Source: an uncultured Candidatus Rokubacteria bacterium (lineage in GTDB: Bacteria; Methylomirabilota; Methylomirabilia; Rokubacteriales; CSP1-6). Taken from it: DNA of 64,000 bases. The notes beneath the pieces were generated by a model. It saw only the letters and a list, made by a program, of their open reading frames with translations, searched no databases and was not told where the DNA came from. The DNA lies in NCBI GenBank assembly GCA_963771355.1, contig CAVYTA010000007.1, positions 748,586 to 812,585 on the forward strand, written 5' to 3'. A program made the position numbers and the translations under genes. Below are positions 14,442 to 25,875 of the stretch, one piece after another (position 1 is the first letter of the stretch; each line of letters opens with the position of its first letter).

Positions 14442-15182
14442 ATGCGCATGATGGCTATCTTGCTCTCCACGCTCTTCTTGCTCGCTGTCACGCATGCCGG
14501 CCCCCCCGCCGCACAGGACCGGCATTCGGCGCAGCGCGCGCGCATGGTGGCAGAAATCGCCGCAATGGCGCGCGAGACCGGCAGCGCTACCGGACGGCCG
14601 AGTTTCAGCCAGGCGGTGATGACAGTAATGGGAAGAGTCCCGCGCCATCGGTTCGTGCCTCCGCTCCAGCAGACTTTCGCTTACGAGAACCGAGCGCTCC
14701 CCATCGCTGAAGGGCAGACGATCTCGCAACCTTTCCTTGTCGCGCTGATGACGGACCTGCTTGATCCGAAGCCAAGCGACACCGTGCTGGAAGTCGGCAC
14801 CGGCTCGGGCTATCAGGCCGCGGTCCTCGCGGAACTTGTGGCGAAGGTCTACACCATCGAGATCGTCGAGCCGCTCGGCAGGCGAGCGATGCAGCTCCTC
14901 GATGAGCTCGGCTATCGTAATGTCGAGGTGCGCATCGGCGACGGCTACAATGGCTGGCCCGAAGCGGCGCCTTTCGATTCAATCGTTGTCACAGCGGCTC
15001 CGGCGGAGATCCCGACCCCACTGATCGACCAGCTCAAGCGCGGCGGGCGAATGGTGATCCCGGGCGGAGCCTCTGACATGCAGTATCTTCTGCTCGTGGA
15101 AAAACGGCCGGATGGCACTACCACAACGAGGCGTACGCTCCCGGTGAGGTTCGTGCCCTTCACGAGAGATCGTGCGAAATAG
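14442..15182 (+). CDS. pcm: Protein-L-isoaspartate O-methyltransferase
   Basis: VPRHRFV, GQTISQP, VLEVGTGSGYQAA, APFDSIVVTAA, PVRFVP. Confidence 0.93.
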   Translation: MRMMAILLSTLFLLAVTHAGPPAAQDRHSAQRARMVAEIAAMARETGSATGRPSFSQAVMTVMGRVPRHRFVPPLQQTFAYENRALPIAEGQTISQPFLVALMTDLLDPKPSDTVLEVGTGSGYQAAVLAELVAKVYTIEIVEPLGRRAMQLLDELGYRNVEVRIGDGYNGWPEAAPFDSIVVTAAPAEIPTPLIDQLKRGGRMVIPGGASDMQYLLLVEKRPDGTTTTRRTLPVRFVPFTRDRAK

Positions 15183-15507
15183 GGCCTTAAAGCCGATGAC
15201 CTGCCCCCGGAGTTCGGTCACTCCCGTTGAGAGTCCGGCTGGCCCGACCCAGTCTAGAGTGCACCGCCAGATGTACCCACGGTGGTGAAGTGTAGCGGCT
15301 AGCTTCGAACCGTACGGGGATAGCCAGCTGAGTTGCATCTGGCAGGGGTTGGGCATCTCCCGTCCTCTGCCTGCGGGACGCGGATCCCATCGGTGGGCGG
15401 TTCGACCCGGCGCCGACCACTGCTTCCAAGGGCGTGGGCATCTCGCCGGTGGTCCTGCTACTAACGAGAATGCCCACCACGCCTTGCTCGTTCCTCGCCA
15501 TGCGAGT

Positions 15508-16999
15508 CTAATTGTGGAAGGAACTGCCGAGCGGCGTCAAGCGCCATGTGAGCCAGCCGAGATGGGTGACGGGGTCCCCTGGCGGGTACGGATCGAGGGC
15601 GCGGTTGAAGTGGCCCATCAGCTCCTGTGTGTTCGGTGTGAACCACACCAGCGCCAGCAGAATCACGAGCATGGTCCCGAGGACCGCGAGGGGCTCGGGG
15701 TTCCAGCCAAGATCGATGGCAATGGGGGCCAGGGCCGCACGCTGCGCGATATCCACATAGTAGGGCGGCGGATCGAGACCGACTCCGTTGAGGCCGCTCA
15801 TCCCTCTCAGCATGCTGAGGGCCGCGGCGAAGCTCGTCGCGCGGAAGAAGACCCAGCCCACGACGACGGCGAGGAAGGTGACCAGCCAGGCCACGGCGCC
15901 CGAGGAGGGTCGAGCGCCCCAGGTCGTGGCCGAGGGCGCGCCGCAGCTCGCGCCAGCCATGGTTCACCACAGGTAGACGCCGTGCAGCGCCCCCCAGACA
16001 ACGAAGGTCCAGCCGGCGCCGTGCCAGAGGCCGCCGAGCAGCATGGTGGCCATCAGGTTGACGTACCGGCGCGCCCGCCCTTGCGATTGCCGCCCAGCGG
16101 CATGTACAGATAGTCGCGCAGGAAGCGCGACAGCGTCATGTGCCAGCGGCGCCAGAACTCGATGATGTTGTGCGCCTTGTAGGGCGAGTCGAAGTTCAGC
16201 GGCAGGCGATGCCGAACATGCGGGACGAGGCCGAGCGCCATGTCCGAGTAGCCGGAGAAATCGAAGTAGATCTGGAGCGTGTAGGCCAGCGCGCCGACCC
16301 AGGCCTACGAGCAGCATCGGCGCGCCGCTGTGCGGCGGCCTCGAACAGCGGTCGTGCGAACGTGGCCAAGCGTGTCGGCGATCACCGCCTTCTTGAACAG
16401 GCCGAAGACGAAGATCGTGAGGCCGGCCGCGAATTGTCCGCGTTCGAGCCGGTACGTCGCCGGGTCGCTCGAACTGCGGCATCATCTCGCGGTGATGCAG
16501 GATCGGGCCCGCGATCAGGTGCGGGAAGAAGGTGACGAAGAGCCCGTAGTGGACGAAGCTGTACTCGCGCGCCTCGCCGCGATAGCTCGACCAGGAAGGC
16601 GATCTGCGTGAAGGTGAAGAACGAGATGCCCGAGGGGCAGGAGAGATCGACGCGGGCGCCCATTCCTTGCCCAGCAGGAGCCCCAGGTTCTCGAGCAGGA
16701 AGTTCCAGTACTTGTAGTAGCCGAGCAGGAGCAGGTTGCCGGCGATGGCGAGGATCAGCAGGAACGTCGCGGCTGTGCCCGCGCCGGGCCGGCCGCGTGC
16801 GCGATAACCGGCCGCCGTAGTTGAACAGATGGAAAGAGCAGCAGGGGCACGTAGACCGGATTCCACCAGCCGTAGAAGAAGAGCGAGGCCATCGTCAGCC
16901 AGGGGGCGGCGAGACGAGGTGGAATCGGCCGAGCGAGAAGAAGCCGGGGAACGCGATCGGCAGGAACAGGAAGACGAACACGAACGAATTGAAGAGCAT
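15508..16999 (-). pseudogene. MBOAT O-acyltransferase (AlgI/DltB-like), frameshifted and 3'-truncated
   Basis: [55 protein letters not shown] and LGGLWHGA in shifting frames. Confidence 0.85.
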
Positions 17000-17277
17000 A
17001 TTCAGCCTTGTATGACGGGATCCTACTCAGGTGTTGCGTATGAGCGATCAGCCGACGTCGCGCTCGGAGAGCAGGTTGGTTTCATCGAGCAGTAAGGCGA
17101 GCTTGCGCCCCGCCGGGTCGGTGGCGTTGCCGGAGAAGCGGAGGGACAGTGTCCTCTCGCCTTCTTCCCGCCCGGAAGACGATCCGCTCGCGGTGATGCG
17201 CAGTCAGGGGGACTCGCCATGGTTGTCGCGCCGGCGGTGACACGCGGGACTTTGTTGACCGGAGCCGTGCCGACAGG

Positions 17278-17685
17278 AGGATAGGTAGCATGAACGCCTC
17301 CGGCGGCGGTGGCCCCGTCTGTGGGCGCCGTCCCCGTGACATAAGGTGCCAGACCCGAACGCTGGCCGCCCCAGGAGCCGACGGCACAGCGCACATTAGC
17401 GGCCTGCTCGCGGGTCGAACGAGCCGACCCGAGTGAGCGGCATGCTATGCCAGACACACCGCCGCCGTCAACCGGCCACGGACCGGCCGGAGCCGCGGTG
17501 ATGGCGCCTCGTGGGGCGTCCGCCGCGCCCCCGAGCAGATCGGATCAGGACTTAGTGGCATGCGGTTTTCGAGGTGGCGGTGCGCGTAAAGCTGCTGAGA
17601 CATTTGGTGAAAACGTGGCCGTGACGAAACACGGGATTCAAATTCGAATCTCGAACTTGAACTCGAGGGACCTGTCGCCTGCAAG
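17278..17685 (-). mobile_element. Internally deleted, non-autonomous IS91/ISCR-like element
   Basis: 17278-17551 matches the transposase-downstream end of the elements at 25876 and 48464, up to the tnp stop; ~17594-17685 matches their upstream end; no transposase. Confidence 0.8.
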
Positions 17686-17755
17686 TGGTTGCTGGCCCCC
17701 GAAACTAAAAGAACACAAGGGGTTAGCGATTACGTCGCTAGCCCCTTCGTGTTTT
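17686..17755 (+). repeat. att junction 2 (degenerate palindromic core plus arm hairpin)
   Basis: TGGTTGCTGG-CC-CCCGAAACTA, then ACACAAGGGG...CCCCTTCGTGT. Confidence 0.7.
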
Positions 17756-17829
17756 CTGCTTCCATCTTGCTGTCCGGGAGGGGTTCATAACCCAAAGGTC
17801 GGTCCACCTGAGCCTAGGAAAATACAAGG

Positions 17830-18080
17830 TCTCGTTGCCACCGAGGACGGTGTCCGGGGTCACGATCAACCAGAGCCTGTCTCCAGAAGAAGCGTAGCGG
17901 CCCGGGCCGTCGCGGCCGGATCACAGTTCGTGCTGCTGGCGGTGCGGCGGGGGCGGCGGGCGCGGTGGTCGGTGGTGGTCGGGTGGACGGCCAGCTGGTT
18001 GCGCAAGGCGAGATCCTCGAGAGCGAGCTGGCGATGGCCGCCGCCCAAGAAGGGGAGTAGCCGAACGAGGGATTGCAGAT
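17830..18080 (-). pseudogene. N-terminal remnant of an rve-type transposase/integrase
   Basis: HRQLALEDLALRNQLAV and IVTPDTVL..WQR fragments. Confidence 0.5.
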
Positions 18081-18095
18081 AGTCGCGAAAGGCGT

Positions 18096-21000
18096 CAGGA
18101 TGCCGGCAGGTCTTGAAAGCCTTGTAGTGCTCTTTCCGCCTCATTCGTCCAGAACGGCATTTCCAGGGTTCGGTCAGCCTCGCCGCCTTGACGAGATGCT
18201 CCGGGCCTGCTCGCTTATTCTCATACGGCCGTATCCCTCGCCGATGCCGAGATGGCAGTGGGCTCCCAGGGGAGCCATCCCGAGTTCTGATGCGAGCTCC
18301 ATGCCTTTGGGTAATGTCCTTCGGCCGTCTCGGGATCCTGGCGTGCGAATGGATCTCCCCGAAAAGCCAGTGGGTCCATGCGACAGAGCCCGACTGGTTG
18401 TAATCCATGGCGGTCTGCAGTGCGAGATGAGCGACGCTGGTCGCCCGTTCGAGCTGGCCGGCGTGCAAATAAGCGTCGCTCAAGTGCACGACCCGCATGG
18501 TTTGATCGACCATTAGGTCCATGCCGCCGGCGGCGTCGACGGCCTCTTCAGGATCGCGATCGCGTCGGCTGCGCGCTTACTTAGCGTCTAGGCTCGACCG
18601 AGATAACCCGCGACTGTGACTCGCGCCATGTGAAGAACTCCCCTCTCGGACAACTGAAAGCGCGTTGCAGAGTCGAGATCGCCATGGCGAGATCGCCTTT
18701 GCGAAGATGCACGATTCCGAGTGCCATGTAGGCATAGATCCGGCTGACGAGGTCGTCGACTCGCTTCCGCGATGCAGACCCCTTCGTTCCCACGCATAGT
18801 GGCGGGTCCGAACTCGCCAAGCTCTGCAAGTGACCACGAAAGCCATGTGCGAGCCGATACGGATGGCAAATTGGCCATTCCCAGGAAATTCGTGCGATCG
18901 GCATCGGTCGCGTCGACGACCCAGTTCAGCAGCTCGATCGCCTGCGGTAATCGCCCCTCGCATGTCGCGCGCGGCCTGCGAACGAGTTTGCCAGTACCTC
19001 GGCCGGCGTCTCGCCAACCGGCTGCGCCGTAACCGAAGCCTGTTCGGCGGCGCCGATGGCGCGATCCTGTTGGCCGATCGACCAGAAGTAGAGGGCCTTG
19101 AATGTAAAGACGCGCGCCAGGCGAGCCTGGTCGTTCAGTGTGGTGGCGATCGCTTCCGCTTCGTGCAGCAACTCGAAACTGCGCTGAAACTCGCCAAGCG
19201 GGACAGCGAAGTCCGCAAACTGAAACGCAGATCGATCGCCTGCTGCATGACCGCGCCGCTTTGTGGCAGACGGTCGATCGCCGCCAGCGCCTCCGTAAAC
19301 CTCGCGACGGCTTCGCGATGGGCGGACTTCGCCGCCGCCTTCGCGCCGGCCTGATAACAATATGAAACGGCTTTGTCCCACATCTCGCCGCGCAGGGCGT
19401 GATGCGACAGGCGTTCGATATGCTCCGAGGCGGTCCCAGTAGAGTTCTCGGTGGCCTCCAGGATTCGCGCATGCAAGGCCCGCCGGCGTTCGTGCAGCAG
19501 GCTTCCATACGCGACCTCGTGGGTCAACGCATGCTTGAACGTGTACTCCGGCTCGGGGAAAAGCGCCGTCTGGTACAGGAACTCGGCGGATTGAAGATGA
19601 GTCAGTCCCTGCCGCAGTGCCTCGTCAGTCAGGCCGGCGATCGCGTGCAGCAGCTGAAACGGAACGCTCGTGCCAATGACCGTTGCGGCCTGAAGCAACT
19701 GCTTGTGCGCGGGCGAAAGGCGATCGATACGCGCGGCGATGACCGGCTGTACGGTCGAGGGCACCTGAATGGAGGTGAGCGGCCCGGTGAGGCGATAGGC
19801 GCCGGGCACGCCGACGAGCGCTCCCAATTCCGCGAACGCACTGACGCTCTCTTCGAGAAGAACGGGTTACCCCCGGTCCGCTCCGCCAGCAGTTGCTTCA
19901 GCGGCTGAAGCGCCGCGTCATCTCCCAGAAGGGCATCGAGAAGGTGTCGGCGCTGTCGGGCTCGAGTGGATCGATCCGTAGCCGGGTATAGTACGGCCTG
20001 GAGTCCCAGCTCATGCATACTCGGGGCGATAGGTCACGAGCAGCAGCATGCGGGCCGGCGGGAGGTCTCGACGAAGCCCTTGAGGACCGCTTGAGTTTCG
20101 AATCGATACGTGAAGGTCCTCGAACACGACCAGTAGCGGCTGAACCTCGCTTTCCCGCAGGAGCAGCCGTTTCACGGCGTCAAGAGTTCTCTCCCGGCGT
20201 TATTGCGGGTCGAGCTTCTCCCACTCCGTATCGCTGAACGGCGTGTCAAGCAACGCAAGGAGCGCCGCGACGGAAGAATTCAGCGATTCGTCCAGGGCGA
20301 AGAGCTTGTCGTGACCTTCTCCCGAATGGCGCGATGATCGTCGCGTTCCTGGATCTCGAAGTAGGTCTTGAGCAGGTCGATCACGGGAAGGTACGCGGTC
20401 GCTTTCCCGTAGGAATGGATCCGCTTTCGAGATGAGCCAGGATTCGCGCGACAGGGAACGCGCAAATTCGTAAAACACGCGCGATTTTCCGACGCCGGGC
20501 TCGCCGACTAGGGCGACGATCTGGCCATGGCCTGCCGCGGCCTGCTGCCACGCCATGCGCAGCTGGTCGAGCTCGGCATTGCGTCCCACGAATCGGGTCA
20601 GGCCCCGGCTCGCCGCAGCTTGCAGCCGCGTGCGCGCCGCCTGTGCGCCGATGAGCTCGTAGGCTTCGACGGCCTCGCTCAGGCCCTTTACGTGGATTTG
20701 CCGAGCGCTTGACCTGGACATACCCCTCGACCAGGCGCAGCGTAGAGCTGCTGATGAGAGTCGATCCCGGCATCGCCGTCTGTTCCATCCGCGCCGCGAG
20801 ATGGGTGCTCTGCCCCACAACCGTATAGTCCATCCGCAGGTCGTTGCCGATCGTGCAGACCACGACTTCGCCAGAATCCAATCCCACCCTGATCTGGATC
20901 GGCACGCCGTGTGTGCGTGAATCTCTGCGCGTAGCGCTTCACCGCCTCCTGCATCCTCAGCGCGGCGTAGCACGCGCGAATGCCGTGGTCCTCGTGGGCG

Positions 21001-21438
21001 AGGGGAGCTCCGAAAAGCGCCATGATGCCGTCGCCCAACACCTGGTTGACCGTGCCCTCATAGCGATGGACGGATTCCATCATCCGCTCCAGGACAGGGT
21101 TGAGAATATTACGCGCTTCCTCCGGGTCCCGGTCGGCGATGAAGTTCCATCGACCCCTTGATATCGGCGAACAGCACGGTAATCTGCTTGCGCTCGCCCT
21201 CCAGGGCGGCTTTGGACGTGAAAATCGTCTCGGTGAGCCGCTGCCGGGTGTAGCGTTCCGATACGGGCCGCGTGCCGGGCAATTCCTGCGTCAACGGCCC
21301 ACCGCAGACGTGGCAGGTGTCGTTGGCGGCAACATTGACCGTTCTGCAGGCCGGACAGCGGATCTCGAGGCGCGTGCCACATTCCCCGCAGAGTTTTCCG
21401 CCAGGTGGGTTTTCGTGCCGACAGTGCTGCGACCGCAT
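18096..21438 (-). pseudogene. Double zinc ribbon + adenylate/guanylate cyclase + AAA ATPase + TPR protein, frameshifted
   Basis: CxxC pairs, GERKQITVLFADIKGS, GDGIMALFGAP, GEPGVGKSR, ERTGGNPFF, YTFKHALTHEVAY; 3' end approximate. Confidence 0.85.
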
Positions 21439-21759
21439 GCTGCTCACTCTCTGATGAACTCCGTCGTCGTCGGGCGAGTCTCCCTCGTGTGCAGCGTGGC
21501 GTTGACGGCGTCCAACCAGCCGCGGAGCTCCTTCACCGACTTGCGGGAGGAAGGCACGTGAGTGATCAGGTCACTCTAACTCTCCCATGTGCTCAACTAG
21601 GATCGCCTGAACGAGACGTTTGCCCCGATCGGGCAACTCCCGTCCCGAGGAGCTCCCGCCCCAAGGGCCTGCTGTATGGGACGGCAGCTAGACTACTTGC
21701 CTTGAACGAACACGTCAATCCGATTGTCATGTCAGCGGTAGGCGCGGCGGTGACCGATG

Positions 21760-23442
21760 TCAGCCCGCCGCGGTCCGGGCGAGCTCCCTTCGCAGCATCG
21801 CTCTCACCGAGTCGGACTGCGCGCGCAGACTGCGGACCGCCCGGCGCAAGGACGGCGACGCCGCGGTGATCAACTCGCTCCAGGTGTCCTCCAGTACGGC
21901 CGAGAGCTTCTCGAGGTCCACGCGGGTGGTGCGGACGAGACAGGACATCACCTCTCCGAGGTGACCGTAGAGCATGGCGTGCGTCAAGCGCAGGCCGCCG
22001 CTCTCGTATGACGGCATGTGCCGCCAGGTCTCCGGCGCCAGGCGTAGGTCGTGCGCCCTGGCAACGGGTCGAATCCGGGCGGGATCGAGGATCGTGGCGT
22101 CGAGGTCCCGCAGAACGATCCGCGAGGGCATCCCGTCCCGCAGGACGATGTAGACGTTCTGGAAGATGCGGCTCGAGCGCCATGCCCCAGCGGGTATAGA
22201 AGTCGACTGGCCCGCGCATGAGAACGCGACAATAGGCGCGGAAGAACTCGCACGCGAGGCCGGGGCGGCCAAGGTCCGGCAGCCCGCGCGCCCTGCGCGG
22301 CCCGACCCACAGATTCAACGCCGGGATCACGACGTCCCCGGCGCGCTGCGGGACGGGGTGAGCGGACGATCGCCGCGCAGACCGTGTGCCCATGCGAGGC
22401 GCACCGTGGGCCATCGAGGCCACGTCGTACTGGAAATCGAGGGAGTCCTCTCCGCTGGCCGCAAGCAACAGCCGGGCAAGGGCGGACACGGTTGGCGCGT
22501 TGGGCGGTCGAAGAGGATAGAGGAGTCGGACCTCGCTGGTCAGGGTCGCGTCGATCGGAAGCTTCACGTCGAACCCCGTCGCAACGATCCGACACGTGCG
22601 CTGCGACGCCAGGGGAACGGCCTCCTCAAGCTCGCGTCGAGGAGCACGATCTCTCGCTGCCGGAGCAACTGGGTCACGATGGGTGAGAGCTCGAGCTGCC
22701 ACGGATGCACCGGGATCACGACGCTCGCGCCACGCGGCCAGGCCAGGTCGGCCCAGTTTCGGAAGCACGCGCGTTGATCATCGAAATCGATGGAGTCGAA
22801 GCGACCGTGCCGGACCGCGATCAAAGGTATATCGATCGTCTCCCGCGACAGGTTCGAGCATCGAACTACCTGCTTGAGGGAGGGCCCGATGCGCAGCCCG
22901 GGGAACGGATGGTAGTGGTGGCCGAGGTAGACAGGCTCGATCGCCTTCGCCCCCTTGGCGAGGCGTCGACCGAGCAAGCGGTTCAGCACGAGGTTGGCGA
23001 AGCTATTGTCGAAGTTGGCGACCAGCCGATCGAAGTGTCTGGCGAGCTCTGACCTTCGCAGTGACCGACGAAGCGCGCGCAGAAACGCCCGCGGCGTGCG
23101 AATGATGCAGCGCCTCCCGCTGTGGAGAGTCCACGGTGGGCCCATTAGCTCGAGCCGCCGAAAGGGAAGTGGCCCGCTCACGGGCGCCCGGAGCATCGGC
23201 GCCCGACCGACATCGAGTGACCATCGCCCGGCGACGTCTTTCCTGAGCGTCGACGACGGGATGTAGCCTTCCCGATGGATCGATTGGAGCAGCCGGGAGA
23301 CCGCGAGCAGCAAGGCGTCGTGGTGGACTTGGGCGAAGGCGGCGCGGCTGATCCGCTGGGCACGGGCCCATCGCCTGACCTCGGCGAGGGTCAAGCCCGG
23401 AGCGGGGCGTGGCTTAGGTCGATTCGAAGACGTTGCGGCCAA
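21760..23442 (-). CDS. IucA/IucC-family (NIS synthetase-like) amide ligase, frameshifted
   Basis: IPVHPWQ, PLASQRT, VKLPIDATLTSEVRLL and ALEPHL.QNVYIVLRDGMPSRIVLRDLD across frames. Confidence 0.75.
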
Positions 23443-24162
23443 GATCCTCGAGCGTGATCGCGTTGAAGTCGCTTAGTCGCTCCTGCATGAGCCGCGTCAT
23501 CTCCGGGGCCTCGCTCGGTCCGCGCGAAATCCTCGATCAGGTTTGCCGTGTAGGCGATGTGACGAGTCTCGTCGGCTGCCAGGACATCGAGGATGCGAGT
23601 CAGCCGCTCCCGCCGCTCGGGGGCGCAGTGAGCCAGGAGCACGGGGCGCTGGAGCCGTTGGTGCATCAGTGTCCGAATCTCGGCGACGTTCATCTGAATG
23701 AGGTCGTCCACTGTGATCGGATGGGCGAACGGCGAGTCGGGGTGAGGATCGCGCCGGCTCTGACGATTGTAACCAGGCGAAAGCGTGGTGAGCTGGGCGT
23801 GGAACTCCTCGTTGACGGCGCCGGGAAACGCGAGGTCGAGCAGCGCAGTAGGCCCGTGAATGGCGAGACTCGTCGATCGCGTGCTGTCGGACCTGCGCCG
23901 CGACGCTCTCGTCTGGCGTCGACACTCCAAGGTCCCAGAGCTGTCCCGCGCCCTCGCCCTCTCGCTGAGCGTTCATCATAAGCGACGTGGCCATCCAGTA
24001 CGGGTTGACGGCAACGGCCCGGTAGATGTCGCTGTAGCGCCTGGTCCCGAACACGGGCGCCGACTTCCGGCATGCGGTGGTCAAAGCCTGGCGGTAATGC
24101 GGCCGAGCCTCACCGTTGAGGCGACCCAGGGCTTCCACGGTGAGCCCGGCAACGATGTTCAT
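23414..24162 (-). CDS. Ferritin-like di-iron domain protein, frameshifted
   Basis: Paired E...ExxH motifs: REGEG...DESRH and AEIR...DETRH. Confidence 0.7.
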
Positions 24163-24214
24163 GGGTCTGGCTCCCCCGCTGCCGGCGGCCCCGTACGCCG
24201 GGGTCGCGTCCGAT

Positions 24215-24465
24215 CTAAGGCGCGCTGACCAAAGCTTTCGTCTTGAACGGCGCGTTCAGCGAGATGAACTTGATCTCGATGTCGTCGCAGTCGGTCTTGA
24301 GCTCAAGCTTTCCGTTCTTCGCGCTACCCACGATCTTGGCTACTTGGAAGGTCTTTTGCAGCTCGGCGACGGCATTTTTGACCTTCAGTTCCGAGTCTTA
24401 CCGCCCACCTTCCTCCTCCGTGTGCCGGCCTTGCGTTTCCGGGTGGCCTTCCGCGCCTTTGCCAT
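24215..24465 (-). CDS. Small ~83 aa protein with basic N-terminus (1-nt indel near 24400)
   Basis: GGAG RBS; MAKARKATRKRKAGTRRRKVGG, then in next frame DSELKVKNAVAELQKTFQVAKIVGSAKNGKLELKTDCDDIEIKFISLNAPFKTKALVSAP*. Confidence 0.6.
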
Positions 24466-24594
24466 TGTCGTCTCCATGTCCCAGAAATCACTGCCCCGGT
24501 GCGACTACGGCAGCGTAAGGCACACTCAACATGCCGAAGTCAAGAAGTCAAGTGTTTGTTTGCCGACCTCGCCCCGAAGCTGCAGGACCGCGGA

Positions 24595-25690
24595 CTATGG
24601 GCGCCAGACCGATCGTTGAGCCACCGACTTTGTCCTGGATGCGCTCGCTTCCGAGTGGACCCATTCGAGCTTCGGAATCGGATCCCATCTGCTGGCGAAC
24701 CCCAGCAGGTATCGTTCGCTTTTACCCTTCGCCAAGTTCAAGTCTGTAACTTGGAGCAGCGCGCCTCGTCTGGCGGACTCCTCCGCCCATGTCATATAGA
24801 ACAGCCGCCGGTGCAGCGCACCTTGGGCCAGCTGCGATGCGGAAACCGCTTCCGGACCGGACTTGGCATCTGATAGGCGACCCCCGTATTAAAAACCAAT
24901 GGCACCTGATTCCTTGGAACCAGGGAAAGCCCCTGCTTCAGAGTTCTACTGGCATCACCTTTGATAATCCGAATTGGCGTGCGTCGCCGGATTGACAGCG
25001 CTTCGTCAAACAAGTCTTCGGTTCGCGGGTAGTGAAATGCACGCATCCACGCCACACTGTCTTCCTCAAGCGAGACGGGGTGAAGCTCTAAACCAATTCG
25101 TTGCCCGATGACCGGCGCTGGATTTATCTGTGGGAACGCGCGTCGCGACCCCGGACGCCCTCGCGATGCAAGATCGTCCACCTCGGCAAACAGACGACAT
25201 CGGGATTCGACGTCGCCCCCTTTTCCCCCAGACCGGAGTACTCGTAGCAATAGAGGTCCAGGCAGAGGTTGAGACCAAGACTCGGTCCGACTTCCACAAG
25301 AGCGATCGGTTTCGAGACGCGCTGTGCCGCAAACAGGAGTCCGGGATACAGCCCCACGCATCGACGGAAGTCATTGACCTGAGCCGGACGCTGGAGCAGC
25401 GCCGTAAGCTCATCTTCGTGTTCGAGCAGCGAACGACGCAGACTGATAAACGAGCGCCACTCCGAATCCGACGGAATCTGGAAGCGGTGCCTGCGGCTGA
25501 GGTAAGCCATAGCAGCGAAGAGAATGCGGCTTGTCTGCTCCTGAGCGATAGTGGCGGCGGAAGTGCGGGCTACGATAGGCATCAGAACGGCGTCGTCTGC
25601 GATGCGTTGCCGAAGCGTCTCCCAAGGTTCTCCCAATGGCCAAAACTTCAACAATGACTCGCGGGCCAGGCGTATTGAATTCACCTGCAC
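24595..25690 (-). pseudogene. DUF2332-like protein, frameshifted
   Basis: QVNDFRRC, LVEVGPSLGLNLCLD.Y.YEY, RIGLELHPVSL, IKGDA. Confidence 0.65.
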
Positions 25691-25875
25691 GCCCGGACGA
25701 ATGTTAATCCTAGCAGCACCGTTCGCTCGGAAAGGCTGTCCGTATCGCTTTCATACAGTGAGCCACCGGTAGCGGGAAGGTGAAGTCGGGCGGGCCAGCG
25801 GGGCACGGAACATGGTAGCCACTTTCGGATTCGCGTTAGCTTTCTGGCAACCCAGCCTTGCGTGCTCCCTCGACG

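Noticed and set aside
21760..23442. Complete siderophore biosynthesis locus
   Set aside because: No hydroxylase, acyltransferase, decarboxylase, exporter or receptor genes nearby.
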